Assembly (NCBI RefSeq): GCF_000981445.1
Contig: NC_027217.1
Location: 2,542,001 to 2,606,000, forward strand
DNA length: 64,000 bases
Source of the DNA: Babesia bigemina
Lineage: Eukaryota
Reading direction: 5' to 3'
Positions 24,557 through 36,558 of this stretch are shown here, piece by piece. The notes below the pieces were generated by a model that saw only the letters and a program-made list of their open reading frames with translations, was not told the DNA's origin and searched no databases. The translations under genes and the position numbers were made by a program. Numbering within the stretch: the first letter of the stretch is position 1; every line of letters starts with the position of its first letter.

Positions 24557-26311
24557 ATGGTGGACAGCGTTGATGTTAATTTCCGGCTTTTGAGCGGCAA
24601 ACAGGTTACGCTGTCGCTGCCGAGCGGCACGCCTATCTCTGATGTGAAGGCGTTAATTGCAGCGCAATGCGATATTGCCCCGGAGAACCAGAGGCTGATA
24701 TACAGAGGACAGCAGCTCTTGGATAGCAGCACGGTCGGATCGTGCAACCTTGAATCCGGAGCTACGGTCCACGTCGTCGGCAATGTGGCTGCTCCATCAA
24801 GTAGCCAACAACAACAGAGCCCGCAAGGCAACAGCAGGCCATCTAAGTTCAGCGAGGCCATGGCCTCGTCGATGAGCTCGCTCATGCGGGAGTTCATGGC
24901 GCCGCAAGGTGGCGACGGTGCGGCGCGCAATCCTTTCTCTGCTTTGAGCGCAGTTTTGGGCAATGCCGCATCACGCCAGGGTAATGACCAGGGAGGAGAC
25001 ACTTCGCGTGGTTCTGCGGCGGCCGACCAACTGTTGCAACACGGCATGAAACTTGCTCAGAAGCTTACTGAATCTAACAGCGAGTTCGGCGACATCGCTT
25101 CCAAGCTCCTAAGTGGCATGATGGGTGGTATGATGAAACCCGATGGACACCGACCAGGTGAGTCGTCTGGCGCGGGTGCAAACAGTACCAGTTCATCTAG
25201 CCGTGCGGCGGACGCAGCAGTGCACCAAACTGCCGCAAAGACCAGTGAGAGTGAGGAGGATGCGAGTGCGACACAATATTCAGCCGTTGCTGCCGTTTCG
25301 AGCGCAAAGGGAGCTATCGATGCAGTGTATGATTTGATGCAACGTGCGCCAGATTCCTCTAGTGATGGCAGCGCGAATATGCATGCCCCGTCGGAAAGGA
25401 AATCTCTGATGAATTTGGAAACCGACCTTGCTTTGTCAAGGACACCTAATGGCCTGTTCTTGGAGGATACCCACGGCCTGAACTCTAACCTGCCATGGAC
25501 GTTTTTGCAGCTCCTCGAAAAAGAGGTAGCCCAGGTTAAAGGCACTGGCGCCCCTAAACGTGAAATTGGAAATGCAGCTGACTTCATGGCACGTTACCGC
25601 GAAGTCGTTGCACGCGCTGCTGAAATCACGAGCGACCTGGCGGATTGGTCCACGTGCTCCCGCACAATGGATGCCAACCGCTTCTCTCGGATCTCTTCAA
25701 TATGCTCACTTCAAGCTGCGTTACAGAGCGAGATGTCGCTTATTGCCACCACATTGCGCAACAAGGTTTTGAAGATGGATAAGTCCTCCAGCGGTGCAAG
25801 CCAGGCCTCTGCCAGCGTCCAGCACTCGCAACCGGTTTCTGCCGCAGCGGATTCCACGACCTCAACTACGGCTCACCCAGGTGTTAGGAAGACCGATACA
25901 GAGAATCAGGCTCCAGCGGCCTCTGCTGTAACTGCAACGCAGCACCACACCCACCACCACTCGTCGGGAGGCTCTGCAACGTCGTGCTGTGCACACAACT
26001 CCGGTGAAAGCCATAGACATCATGGGCAGAGTCCCAATTTCGGCGACATGTTCTCCAGCTTGGGGCGCATTGCGGAGTCTGCGTTGAAGCAGATGCAACG
26101 CCCTCAACGCACTACCGTCGTGGACACATCCAGCAACGAGGAAGACATGCTGGTGGACACGACATGGCTCCGTCGCCAGTTCAACCAGTACCGCAACAGC
26201 ACCGGTTTCCAGTCGCGCATGGAGGACCTTGTGCGCAAGACCAAAAAGTTCGGCGCCGCCTACTGTACCGGTACAGGTAGAAAGCGACCCGGGAATTCCA
26301 ATACTATTTAG
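24557..26311 (+). CDS. N-terminal ubiquitin-like domain protein, BAG6/Scythe-like architecture
   Basis: UBL fold VNFRLLSGK...ISDVKALIA...PENQRLIYRGQQL...GATVHVV, followed by low-complexity and helical regions. Confidence 0.75.
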   Translation: MVDSVDVNFRLLSGKQVTLSLPSGTPISDVKALIAAQCDIAPENQRLIYRGQQLLDSSTVGSCNLESGATVHVVGNVAAPSSSQQQQSPQGNSRPSKFSEAMASSMSSLMREFMAPQGGDGAARNPFSALSAVLGNAASRQGNDQGGDTSRGSAAADQLLQHGMKLAQKLTESNSEFGDIASKLLSGMMGGMMKPDGHRPGESSGAGANSTSSSSRAADAAVHQTAAKTSESEEDASATQYSAVAAVSSAKGAIDAVYDLMQRAPDSSSDGSANMHAPSERKSLMNLETDLALSRTPNGLFLEDTHGLNSNLPWTFLQLLEKEVAQVKGTGAPKREIGNAADFMARYREVVARAAEITSDLADWSTCSRTMDANRFSRISSICSLQAALQSEMSLIATTLRNKVLKMDKSSSGASQASASVQHSQPVSAAADSTTSTTAHPGVRKTDTENQAPAASAVTATQHHTHHHSSGGSATSCCAHNSGESHRHHGQSPNFGDMFSSLGRIAESALKQMQRPQRTTVVDTSSNEEDMLVDTTWLRRQFNQYRNSTGFQSRMEDLVRKTKKFGAAYCTGTGRKRPGNSNTI

Positions 26312-26523
26312 TGACAATGTGACATATGCCCTCTAATCCTTATAAGCTTAAACAATGCTTAGCCATCTCTCTCGACAGCATCGCATCGTTGCCCGTGTCT
26401 AGGCTGCGCTGTGCGATGGCGTCGGTTGCATTGGGTTACACATCACATTGAAAATTCCTCAACAGCTTTTTACATGCAGTAGAACGCGCATTAAAGACAT
26501 ATAAATAATCTAATCGGGGAGAC

Positions 26524-27758
26524 ATGGCCTGGAAGGAGGTTTTCACCTTCAGGAGGGTAGGCTGGAATCTTCGACGCCGAAATATACGCAGGTCTGCGCC
26601 TCGTTTGTGGCCGCCAATGGCGTAGTATTGTTCTCCAATTATCGCAAGCTACAGCTCGGCCGTCCGGAGTACAAGGATGGTCCTCCGCCGGAAGGTTAGT
26701 CGGCGGTCCGTCAATGAGTTAAAGCGCGGCAGAGAAGCACAGAATCGCAATATTCGACAGCATCGCACCCACCTACGACCTGAAATACAATGATGTGCAC
26801 AAGGTACGGTTAGATGTGCGCAGTGCTCATGTTTAGAAACTAGGGATAACTGCCACCAAAACGAGCATGCTGAAATGCGCCAAGGGCGACGTCCTCGAGG
26901 TCGCAGCTGGCACACTGGAGAGCTTGAAGCTCTATGGCGCCATAGAGAGCCTCACGGCAGTCGACAAAAGCGTGATGATGTGCTTGGAGATGAAGCGTAA
27001 AGTCGGTGAGTGATCCTAACCATCCGTTGCATTGACTATTGCACCCTTACAGTGCCAATAAGGGCTAAGCAACTGTTTTGTAACTGACATTGGCTCCCAT
27101 TTCAAATTTACATGCCGAAGTACTATTATTTGAGCTACGATACGTTCCGTGCTGTTAATTGCATACGATGGCGCCTGTCATTCAACGTTCTTTGACCTCA
27201 ATTTCCCACAGAAGATGCTAAGCCCGACTTCCCTGTCACGATTATATGCGGAGATGCGTCGGATCTCCCGTTCGAAAACGAGAGCTTCCACACCTTGGTC
27301 ACATCGCATGCTCTCTGTTCTGTCGAGCACCCTGAGCGTTCCTTGGACGAAATAGCCCGAGTGATGAAACCCAGCGGGCGTTATTTCGCACTGGAACGCG
27401 GCAAGGTCTACTACCGATATCTGCGTTCCGTACTGTAAGTGCAATCTGAACCTTTAATCGAGCCAATGCAGGGAATGGCTGAAGGTGTACCCCAATCCGG
27501 GTGTCCCGTGGAAATACGGCCACTTTGAGAACAGGGATCCAATGTGAGTGATAGATAAAGCTTGTGAAAGCATGCAGATCGCTAATAAACGGCTGTAGCG
27601 AGCTTAAGGTTACCGACTCCGAGATCTTCGGGTACGGGATGAACTACGCCATCGTTGCAAGGCGGCAGCACAGCGACAAGATAACCGAATTCGCAAATGA
27701 CCCTACCCCGAGAGAGGGCGCGAAGATCGTATACCAGTATTTCCCGCACACGCTGTAA
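26524..27758 (+). CDS. Class I SAM-dependent methyltransferase (OMS1/METTL7-like), multi-exon
   Basis: FDSIAPTYD, KGDVLEVAAGT (motif I), LTAVDKS, GDASDLPFENESFHTLV..HALCSVEHP..SLDEIARVMKPSGR. Confidence 0.8.
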
Positions 27759-27927
27759 GGTGACTGCAACCCACGGTGCTGGGTGCTCACTACGGTACGG
27801 GTACCCACCACTCATGTGAACCTTGCACAGTGTATAACGCGGCACCCACATGAGACTGCCCATCTGCCACTAATATAGCTGTTATCATGATTATTCCCTT
27901 AACCTGGGGACAAATGTGTCAGTGTTT

Positions 27928-28531
27928 TTAGCGATGCGATTGCTGGTACTTCTCAATCAAGCCGGAGAAAGCGGCAAATCCGATGCAACCACCAGCACTT
28001 GCAAGCGGCCCACCTATAAATGATAAACATTGCCGCGTTGCACCCACTCTTTAGTCCTAAAAAGGCGCCGGAAGCGCAGCCGGCGTAGATGGCATTACTA
28101 ATGTCGGACTTGGCGCGGCGTTTCTGGATGGCACACTCGAACAAGGAGTATATAAAACCCAGTTTGGCGAAGTTGCGCGCCGATGACTTCACTGCCGGCA
28201 GGAACTGCTTGTACTGCGCGGCAAGTTGGCTCCGAATACCCGCACTTTTGTCGGAAGGCACTTCGTGGGCGACGCTGCCTGCCTGAAAGGTGAAGAAGAA
28301 CGCCCCGACGAGCGATCCTGAAATATCTTACAGTTAAACAATCTGTCAGCTACCTAGCACAGCACTGCTGACCCCGATAACCGATGCACGAACGAGGCAG
28401 TTCTCGGAAACGCGCTGCTGGATGTTCAGCGCTCTCAAAAATGTCGCCTCCTCCGGGGTTAGCTCTTTGCTAACCGGGCGATAGTTTACGTATCGATCGG
28501 ACAGGAAAACTCCTGTGAAATCGTCCTCCAT
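27928..28531 (-). CDS. TIM22: Mitochondrial inner-membrane translocase Tim17/22/23 family, TIM22-like (multi-exon)
   Basis: SENC...SSARNFAKLGFIYSLFECAIQKRRAKSDISNAIYAGCASGAFLG|GGP..AGGCIGFAAFSGLIE. Confidence 0.88.
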
Positions 28532-29172
28532 CGAGCGGAGGTGCCGAGTAGCACCTTCGAATCCACATCACAACGGCAACCGCGGCGGGCGACGGCGGCC
28601 CGCCACCGCGCACAATCAACCGAAACCGGCCTCAATTTATTTACACATGAAGTTTTAAGCATATCGACATGCGATGTGTGATGTTGTTAGCCTTCTACTA
28701 GGCGTGTCTGTGTCGGTACAATCTGTACCTGGGTGTACTTCGCAGGTGGTCGTCGTTGTAAAACCGCCAGAAACGCCATGAGACCTCGAGCATGTTGTGT
28801 ACACACCCTTTGAGAGCGTTAGAATTGCATTGTGTATGTAATCGATTTCAAGCGGAGACCCCGAAGGCCGAGATAGACGCGCCGAGCCACTGGGAGCCAA
28901 ATCCGAACACCAATCCACATATTTTGGCATCGACACAACCGTTCACGTACGGTGTGACCTGCAAATCCGCTAGGATCGCCATAGCACGTGTCGAGCTGGC
29001 AACGCGTTACCCGGCTGTACGACAGCGAGGAATATTCCACTGGACCCAATGTTATGTGCAGCTGATGTCGGAACTCGGTAGAAGCCTGGATACGTGACTC
29101 CGAAGTTTGACAAATCGGTCATGATATTTTTTTAAGCCATCGATTTTGCCCCGGGCTAGACGACGCTGCAGG

Positions 29173-30693
29173 ATGATGCGTATGCTTGCCCTAGGCGCCG
29201 TCGCATGGCTGTTTTATCCCATTTTCGTGTGCTCCGTTGGCCCTATGGGCGGCGTGAAGAACGATGCAATCACTAGGATCGTGGTCCCGGCGCACGCCCA
29301 GCAGGTTCTGCCGATGAACGGGAAGTTTTCCCCGCTGCACAGCCTGACGAAATACGTGTCCATCGATGGCGACCACAGGTTCACCTTCGAGCAGATGCTG
29401 TCGGACGCCGAGCTTGTTCACGCTAAGCTGGCGCCCATTATGCGTTCGTTGTACTTCCGTATTTTCAGGGTAAACCTCGACTCACCGTGCCCTCTGCGGG
29501 AGCGTAACGACATCTGCTCCCACGGCAACGACGGCGTCGCGGATTTTGAAAATGACGCCAATGGTCCCCTGGAGAGCGGTGAATGCATTCCCAAGTGCTA
29601 CGTCGGCCGCTGCCAACCACACGAGGTGTCCAGCAGCTCCACGCTGCAGACCCTGGAGCACTTCGTCCTGAGGTACTCCGAGGACGACAAGTTCGCGGAA
29701 CTAGATTTGAAAGACCTGTACGCCAACAACCACTGGTACACCGATATTCTGGGCATACACTCTCAGCGCGAGGATAAGCCCGTGTATGTGGACCTGCTGC
29801 ACAACCCCCCATCGCATACTGGGTACCGTGGGGGAGACGACTGGAACCAAATATACGACCTGCAGTGCGATTGCGGCGACGAGGTCCCCTGCGACCAGAC
29901 CGAGCACCTGTTCCGTCTCATTTCCGGGATGCAGTCGTCGGTGGCCGCGTGGGCCGCCTGGAACTACAAGTGCGTCAACCCCGTGGCGGCCTTCCAGCTG
30001 AAGAGCGAGCTGCCGCGCTACGTGAGCAACCCGGACTTGTACGCGAAGATGCTTGGAAACTATCCCGACAGGATGGAGAACATGTACTACGCTTTCCAAG
30101 CGCTTCTGAAGACGGTCTGCAGGCTGTCGCCATTCCTCACCGGCTTCGCCAACAACCTCGGTCAGCACCCTGAGCACGGGTATTTGAAGCAACACCTCAT
30201 GGAGTTCCTGAGCGCCGAGTACGACCTCTGCAGCGACGTCGAGCCCGCATACAGCCCGCACCCGCGTGAGGTCTGCGAACCGACGCACACGTGCGTGTCG
30301 TCGCCCCAGCTGAAGCACCCGGTGCTTCTGCAGAAGTTCAAGGGCATTGCTGACATCGTGGACTGTGTGGGCTGCGAAAAGTGCCGCCTGCACGGCAAGC
30401 TGAAGCTGGCTGCTCTGCAGATCGCGGTGCGGGCGTTCGGCCAGGCTGAGCAGCTGGTGTTGGAGCGGAACGAGATAGTCGCGCTCCTGCACGCCCTCGA
30501 CTACTTCGCGCAGTCGATCATCATCGTGCACAAGTTCGACGAGCAACAGAAACGGCAGATGGTGCTGTACCCGCTGAGGGCGGTTGCGGCGCTGCTGCTG
30601 GTGATAGTGGTTGCGTATCGCAAAGAGCTCCGTAGAGCGTTCTGCCAATGCTCTGCGGAACCAGAGAACCGTGAGGCAGAGGCTACTAACTAA
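29173..30693 (+). CDS. ERO1: ER oxidoreductin ERO1
   Basis: Signal peptide; YFRIFRVNLDSPCP, YVDLLHNPPSHTGY, RLISGMQSS, and the CxxCxxC site DCVGCEKCRLHGKL, LERNEIVALL; C-terminal TM. Confidence 0.95.
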   Translation: MMRMLALGAVAWLFYPIFVCSVGPMGGVKNDAITRIVVPAHAQQVLPMNGKFSPLHSLTKYVSIDGDHRFTFEQMLSDAELVHAKLAPIMRSLYFRIFRVNLDSPCPLRERNDICSHGNDGVADFENDANGPLESGECIPKCYVGRCQPHEVSSSSTLQTLEHFVLRYSEDDKFAELDLKDLYANNHWYTDILGIHSQREDKPVYVDLLHNPPSHTGYRGGDDWNQIYDLQCDCGDEVPCDQTEHLFRLISGMQSSVAAWAAWNYKCVNPVAAFQLKSELPRYVSNPDLYAKMLGNYPDRMENMYYAFQALLKTVCRLSPFLTGFANNLGQHPEHGYLKQHLMEFLSAEYDLCSDVEPAYSPHPREVCEPTHTCVSSPQLKHPVLLQKFKGIADIVDCVGCEKCRLHGKLKLAALQIAVRAFGQAEQLVLERNEIVALLHALDYFAQSIIIVHKFDEQQKRQMVLYPLRAVAALLLVIVVAYRKELRRAFCQCSAEPENREAEATN

Positions 30694-30835
30694 TGAGAGT
30701 GTATTTAACAAACTGCAGTTATTTTAATTTTGAATATCGGGATGATATCCTCGTTTCACTACTGAGTAGCAAGCAGCGGTAGCACGTTGTACGTGATCAT
30801 CACAATTATTGTACTGCACTGGTGTTTATATGTGC

Positions 30836-33800
30836 TCACTGTGCTACGAGCGTCAGGTTCTCCCCTGCGGTGTTGGCCACCAGCAGCCGATGAGGCCCGC
30901 CGAACTCGTTCGCCGCCATGATGGTCGGGTACGCCAGGCCATCGAGCTCAGTCGTCATCAGCACGGACCTCGTGTGTAGGTCGTGCAGCTGCAGCGCGGG
31001 AACCCCGCCCTGCGTGCCGGAGATGCAGACGCAGTCGTTGGGGTCGCAGACGGCGCCCAGTATACTGAACTGCGGCGCCGCGAGCTCGCGCTTGAACCCG
31101 CTGCACGAACTCAAGGAGTTCAGCATGCGCACGTCCCAAAATATCACCGGTGATTCACCGGTAGAGACGAGCTGTATGTAGCGGTTGCTTATCCCGCACG
31201 ATACCACGCGGCTGTCTCCTGCCTTTTGGCGTATCTCGTGGTTCCAAATGGGGATGTGCGGCGACCGCGGGTCCCACAGGGTGAGGCTGCCGCTGACGCT
31301 CGCAGTGAGAAGCAGCCCGTTCGCGCACGACAAAGCCGCCAATGGCCCGTTGGTTTCGTCAAACACGCCGATCAGGCGGATGTCGGAGTTCGTCAGCTGG
31401 TACTGCCTCACCGTCTCGTCGAAACCGCCACTGGTGAGCACACCATCGCCGAAGCTGACGCAGCTGATTCCGTCGGAGTGCAGCTGTTTGCGATAGAAGA
31501 ATCCGCCCTCGTCAGCGTCTCCAAACTTGACCACGTCGCCGTTGGCCACAGGGCCGTTGAGGGGAAAGCCCCCGTTCACCGATAATATGGCCTGCAGGTT
31601 GCACATGGTCATGTTCCCGCTGGATGAGCAGACGCACAGGTACCCCAACGCCGAAGTGGCACACGTCAACGGCCTCCGATCGATTGATGCATGCACCACG
31701 CTGTCCGCTTTGTCGACGTGGCGCAGCATTATGGAGCCGTTATGCGATAGCGAGTAGACGATATCCGGAGCTGCGAAACCTGCGCCTGTTATCTCGTTGC
31801 CTAGAGGTCCCAAACGCTGCGTTCGAACCTTGTTGCGGGGGCTGGTGGTGACGAGCTGCCGCAAGTGCCCCTCGGAGCTCCCCTGCGATATTGTGCGCCC
31901 CAGCCGCAGCCCCTCCCCCGCGTCCGAATCACCCCCAGCGAATATTTCGCTGTGGCGCTTCACGTATATGAACCACGGAGCGCTGTCCACGGGGTCGTCA
32001 GTTTCCTGCCAGTGCGGGTGTCGCAGCCTGGGCCACGTGAACATGGTTAACGCATACCTACCGAGGTGAATGCGACGTCTCGAATAGCATGATCGGCGCC
32101 TGCCCAAACTCCCGTACCTGCACCGATATCGCCTTTGGTTCCATTGTTCGCAACAGGTTTTGCGTGGCACGGGTCATGGGCATCTTGCCCACCCGCACCG
32201 ACGACAGGTACGACAGTGGATGAAAGGTGTTATCGCTCTTGATGGATTCCTGATGCAAAAATCAGAGAATGCACACATTTGTACCCACCAGACCCGCCTG
32301 CTTGTAGCCGAACACCAAGTCGATCCATTTGTGGAGATGCTTGGACACGTGCTCGCTCTCGAGGGCGTTGCGCATCATCTTCATGAACTGCGCTGATGAG
32401 TTTCCCGCCCACCGCGGCAACTCCACGTCGCAAAGCCGCCCGTCCTGAGTGGTGATATTCAACTGGTTGCGCAGGAAGGCGTCGTTGCCGCTGTAGAACT
32501 CGGGTATGAGCTCGAAGAAGGTGGAGTGGCCGTGGAGCACGTTGTGGAACGTCTCCGCGATGCTTTTGAAGGTGCGCGCCGTGGAATCGAACTTGCCACT
32601 GTACAGGCGCAGTTGGCACTCCGGCTGCAGTCTGATGAGGAAGAACACAACCAGCGCGGGTGTGGAATAGTGTGAGCAGTAGAGATAGAACCCGTCGTTC
32701 CACATCCGCATCAAGCAAGAGTCGCACTTGCCGTCGCCGCATGTGCACTGCTCTTTATCTGAGGCAGCAGCGGGGTCACTGTTCGACTTGTCAGCCTGGT
32801 GCAACGTGCTCATGCGCGTCTTGAGGTGCAGCAGGCGCTCGGCGTTGAGCGCCCCGATGGGTTTGGACAGGTCCCTGAAAACCTTTGGGTCCTTCAGGTC
32901 CAGCGTCGCGCTGTCGTAGTCCGCTATGACCCAGGGGAAAATCGGGTAGTGCGACATGTCGTACCTCGAGCGGCCTGATATGCAGTTGAGGAAGTCGATG
33001 TACTGGAAGTTGGGCAGGATGCCCCGCCGCCACAGCTGCGTCATTTCATTCCGGAACGTCCGCGACTCCAGAGCGAAAAATGCTCTGGGGATGATGCTCT
33101 TAAGCGTGCTGGTGAATTTCTCACGGTCGTTCTCCCGCTTGAACTGGAGGTAGATGCATCCGTACAACTTCCTGGAGTCCCGCACCCGCTTCTCAAAGGA
33201 ATCCTCGGGCAGCGAAATTATCTCCAGCGCCGTAGCCGACTCTCCCTTCGACGGCATGCCGCTGTCGCGCTTGAAAATGTGGAGGATGCGATCGATTGGC
33301 ACCCTCTTACAGGACTTGCGGGAGAAGTTGGGAGACGGCTCGAAATAGAACGCCCGGTCCGTCAACGCCGCGTACCCTCCGTGCCTCACCATGCGCTTGA
33401 GGCGCCAGCAAAAGACGGGCTCAGTGTGTATGCTCGACGCGGCGCACCCCAGCAGCGGCTTCTCCCTGGGCTGGAGCAGCGCCTGGTTGAACGAGCCGGC
33501 GGGGCGTGCGTTGAGGGCATCGGTATCCACGTTAAGTTTGTAGGCGTTCCATACGCGCAGGTAATCACTGAGTTGCTCGTCGTGTATGTGGTCGGTGGGG
33601 TAGGCAAAAATGAATACGAATCCCGGCAGGCCCATCGACGCCGTGGCGCTTGCGTCAGTGGTGGTGCTGGGTGTCTGTTTCAGGCCAGGCGCCGCCTTCT
33701 TTGCCACATGTACGTCATACGCCGACAGATACCGCGTCTTGCCATTGTATATGGCGGTGGGTATCGATATGACCCTCGTGCACGAGACGTATATCGCCCT

Positions 33801-34130
33801 CGACACATGCGCGCTGCTGCAGATCGCCGTGATGTTCTGGAAGTGCAGCTTCAGAATAGGCGAGTCGAAGGCATCCGGCTCGAAAATGAGCGACTTGGTG
33901 CCCAGACGAATACGCCCCTTGATCACTGCACGGCTGTGATAAACCCGCTGAATATGCTTACCCTTGTTGCGGCAGTTCTGCACATTCTTCAGTGATTCCA
34001 CGAACTGCGGCCATCCAGCTGCCGTTATGTCGTTGGGGAACGACGACGTCGAGTTGCAGGCTGCATCGCAGACGTAGTCCTCGCCCTCCTCCAGCAGCAC
34101 GAGGTCGAAACTGCGAACGGCAGACAACAT
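30836..34130 (-). CDS. FAN/NSMAF-like PH-BEACH-WD40 protein (multi-exon)
   Basis: FDLVLLEEGEDY N-terminus; BEACH motifs WRRGILPNFQYIDFLN..GRS..D..YPIFPWVI..Y, RDLSKPIGALN, YCSHYSTP, ELIPEFY, LESEHVS..LHKWIDLVFGYKQ, EFGQAP; C-terminal WD40 repeats. Confidence 0.9.
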
Positions 34131-34299
34131 CTTCCCCCGGCCTCCTCAATCAGCACGGTACGTTACCAGAAGACCGTGTCTGCCGTCACCGCGGTTTCAG
34201 TCATTTTCGTTTATCGTGAATCCGCCATGTGGCGGGGTATAGTCGACATTAGTGGGACCTTCTCGAGGCCTGTTGCGACACACACGATGCCAGTATACA

Positions 34300-35439
34300 A
34301 TGTACACACTTGAGCTTTTCCGCGCCATTAGCGCTCGCACCAGCAATCTGAGAGATGTTCAGCGCCGGTTTGCCTCAACGCTGTGCCGAGAGCGCAGGAT
34401 CGCGGCGGACTACGCGTGGCCCCGCCGGCGCTTCGACGCCCGGCTAATGTCGACCTCCAAAAACACACATTCCGACAACGACATCACAGCCGAGCAACTG
34501 CCCAACTCAAGAACGGAATCGGCAATTAGTAGCGATGGCGGTGACCCCGTTGGCGCGGACTGCGGCAACGACGACATCTTCGACCTGGTCGAACAACACA
34601 ACGGCACTTCGAAGGGGCTAATACAGCGCATCTTGCCCGTCGAATGGATGCGCGATATGGTTGTTGCCATGCACGACGCCACTGGGCTTTCGTGGGCGGC
34701 AACCATCACATCTCTCACGGTGCTCTTCAAGGTGGGATTCGTGCCGTTGTGGGCCATGGGCGAACGCGCTCGCCGCAAGAACGCGCATCTCATGCCAATC
34801 GCCGCGGAGTTGCAGGAACAGATCAGACATGCGCAGAAAACTGGGAACGTGAAGCTGGCAATGGAGGTGCAGAGAAAGCTATACAAACAGATGACCAGGA
34901 AGACATTTTTGAAAGGAGCTGCGCTGCAAGTGCTTGCAGCCGGCACTCAAGGTTTGACGTTTGCCTGGGTATACGGCGGCCTCAAGATGTTTGCCATCGA
35001 GCCCAGGCACTGCACAGGGTTCGTGCTCGAACATCCATTCTGGCTGAACAGCCTTGCCCTACCTGACCCCTACTACGTCTTCCCCGTCGCGCTGTGGTTC
35101 CTGATGACGCTGGTATATGAACTCAACAGGAAAACCGCCGAAAGAATGCGCATGTCAGCAGGCGCCGTAAGTGAGGCTGTGCGAGAGCAGGAGCAGCGGC
35201 AGACCAAGCTGAAATATTTCACGAGGATAGCTATCGGAGTGTTCGCCTATTTCAGCTGCAGCATGACTTCAGGAACGTTCTTCTACCTGATCCCATCCTT
35301 TCTCTTCCAGACGGTCCTGAGGTATTTGAGCCAGAGTGTCTTCGTCGCAAAAGCCTTGCGCCTCCCCATACCAGCGCCTCCACCAGTACAGAAGCCCGAA
35401 ACCAAGCAGCTTTTGCGTGTTAAGGGGTTTTCAAGATAA
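34300..35439 (+). CDS. Oxa1/YidC-family mitochondrial membrane insertase
   Basis: Arg-rich presequence; MHDATGLSWAATITSLTVLFK...P, FWLNSLALPDPYYVFP; several TM segments. Confidence 0.85.
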   Translation: MYTLELFRAISARTSNLRDVQRRFASTLCRERRIAADYAWPRRRFDARLMSTSKNTHSDNDITAEQLPNSRTESAISSDGGDPVGADCGNDDIFDLVEQHNGTSKGLIQRILPVEWMRDMVVAMHDATGLSWAATITSLTVLFKVGFVPLWAMGERARRKNAHLMPIAAELQEQIRHAQKTGNVKLAMEVQRKLYKQMTRKTFLKGAALQVLAAGTQGLTFAWVYGGLKMFAIEPRHCTGFVLEHPFWLNSLALPDPYYVFPVALWFLMTLVYELNRKTAERMRMSAGAVSEAVREQEQRQTKLKYFTRIAIGVFAYFSCSMTSGTFFYLIPSFLFQTVLRYLSQSVFVAKALRLPIPAPPPVQKPETKQLLRVKGFSR

Positions 35440-36558
35440 TTGCATGCCTACAGCATCGCCGCCAAGTCTACTGCGCCGCTACCGCCGTGAAATTGGAAGC
35501 CGAGTCGTCGGCGTATTGCAAGAGGCAATTGCAGGTAGCTTAATTACAAGAGCGCCTCAAAGCATCACGTCTAAGCAACTCTACCTATGTCAAGAGCACC
35601 TATGTTCTTATACACAGCTGTAGCGTGCCATACGAATGCGGTGTGGCCAGCAACCGAGAAGTGTATGGACCGACAAGATGTGGCGAGGCATATTTGGTAT
35701 AAGTGAGAGTCCCGTATTAACATCCAAAAGCTTACAAGCTATAAGACGCTAGATGTATAGAGCCAATGCGACTTTATTGACACGTGGCTTCCGACCTGTC
35801 CAACACCGAAGCCCAGGCCGCCAGGTGGGAGAAGGTAGACCCCGAGGACTCATTCATCCGCTGTTGCAGACAATCGGATTGAGGCACATTATAGCACGTA
35901 AAATGCAGATAAAATAGTGGGAAATGTTCTGTTATACTTAGCGTTAATGCGGCGCGTATAAGACAGCCACAGCAAGGCGAGGTCAAGGCTTCTTGGTGTC
36001 TGGTGGGCTATGAATCGCCACTTCTCTACACACTGATCATATATGATATTCCTAAACAGTTTTAAATAGTTTTGTAAGATGGAACGTAAAGCCTCCCAAT
36101 GGCCGGAACTCCGAGTATACGGGCATATGTAGACTGAGCCCATCGGGGGCACGCCTGAACTCGCCACCGCAGATCCGGTTACTAATGTATATGATCGCTA
36201 TTTTGGATCAAAAATTTCCAGAGAATCTCCGCTGCTTAGGCGTCAAAAGCGCCGGCTCGCGCAAAAGGTATCGCGATGTCGCTCGCAAGAGACTGCATGC
36301 CAATGGGGACCGTAACGTCTGAATGCAGCGACGCCGACCGATCACACCCGTTCTGCGCTGCGGAAGGAACACTGTTAAATATCCCAGGATATCTGGCAGA
36401 ATTAGCTGCAATCTCGTTGGACCTCAGGGATCTAGCTTCGCTGCGAGATTCTACGTTCACTCCCGTCGTGAGCCTGATTATTGAGGATTACCCCGTTTCG
36501 GTGTGATCTTTCGTTATTGTAACGTCCTAATAATTTCTGTCATCGCCTGTAGTTCAAG

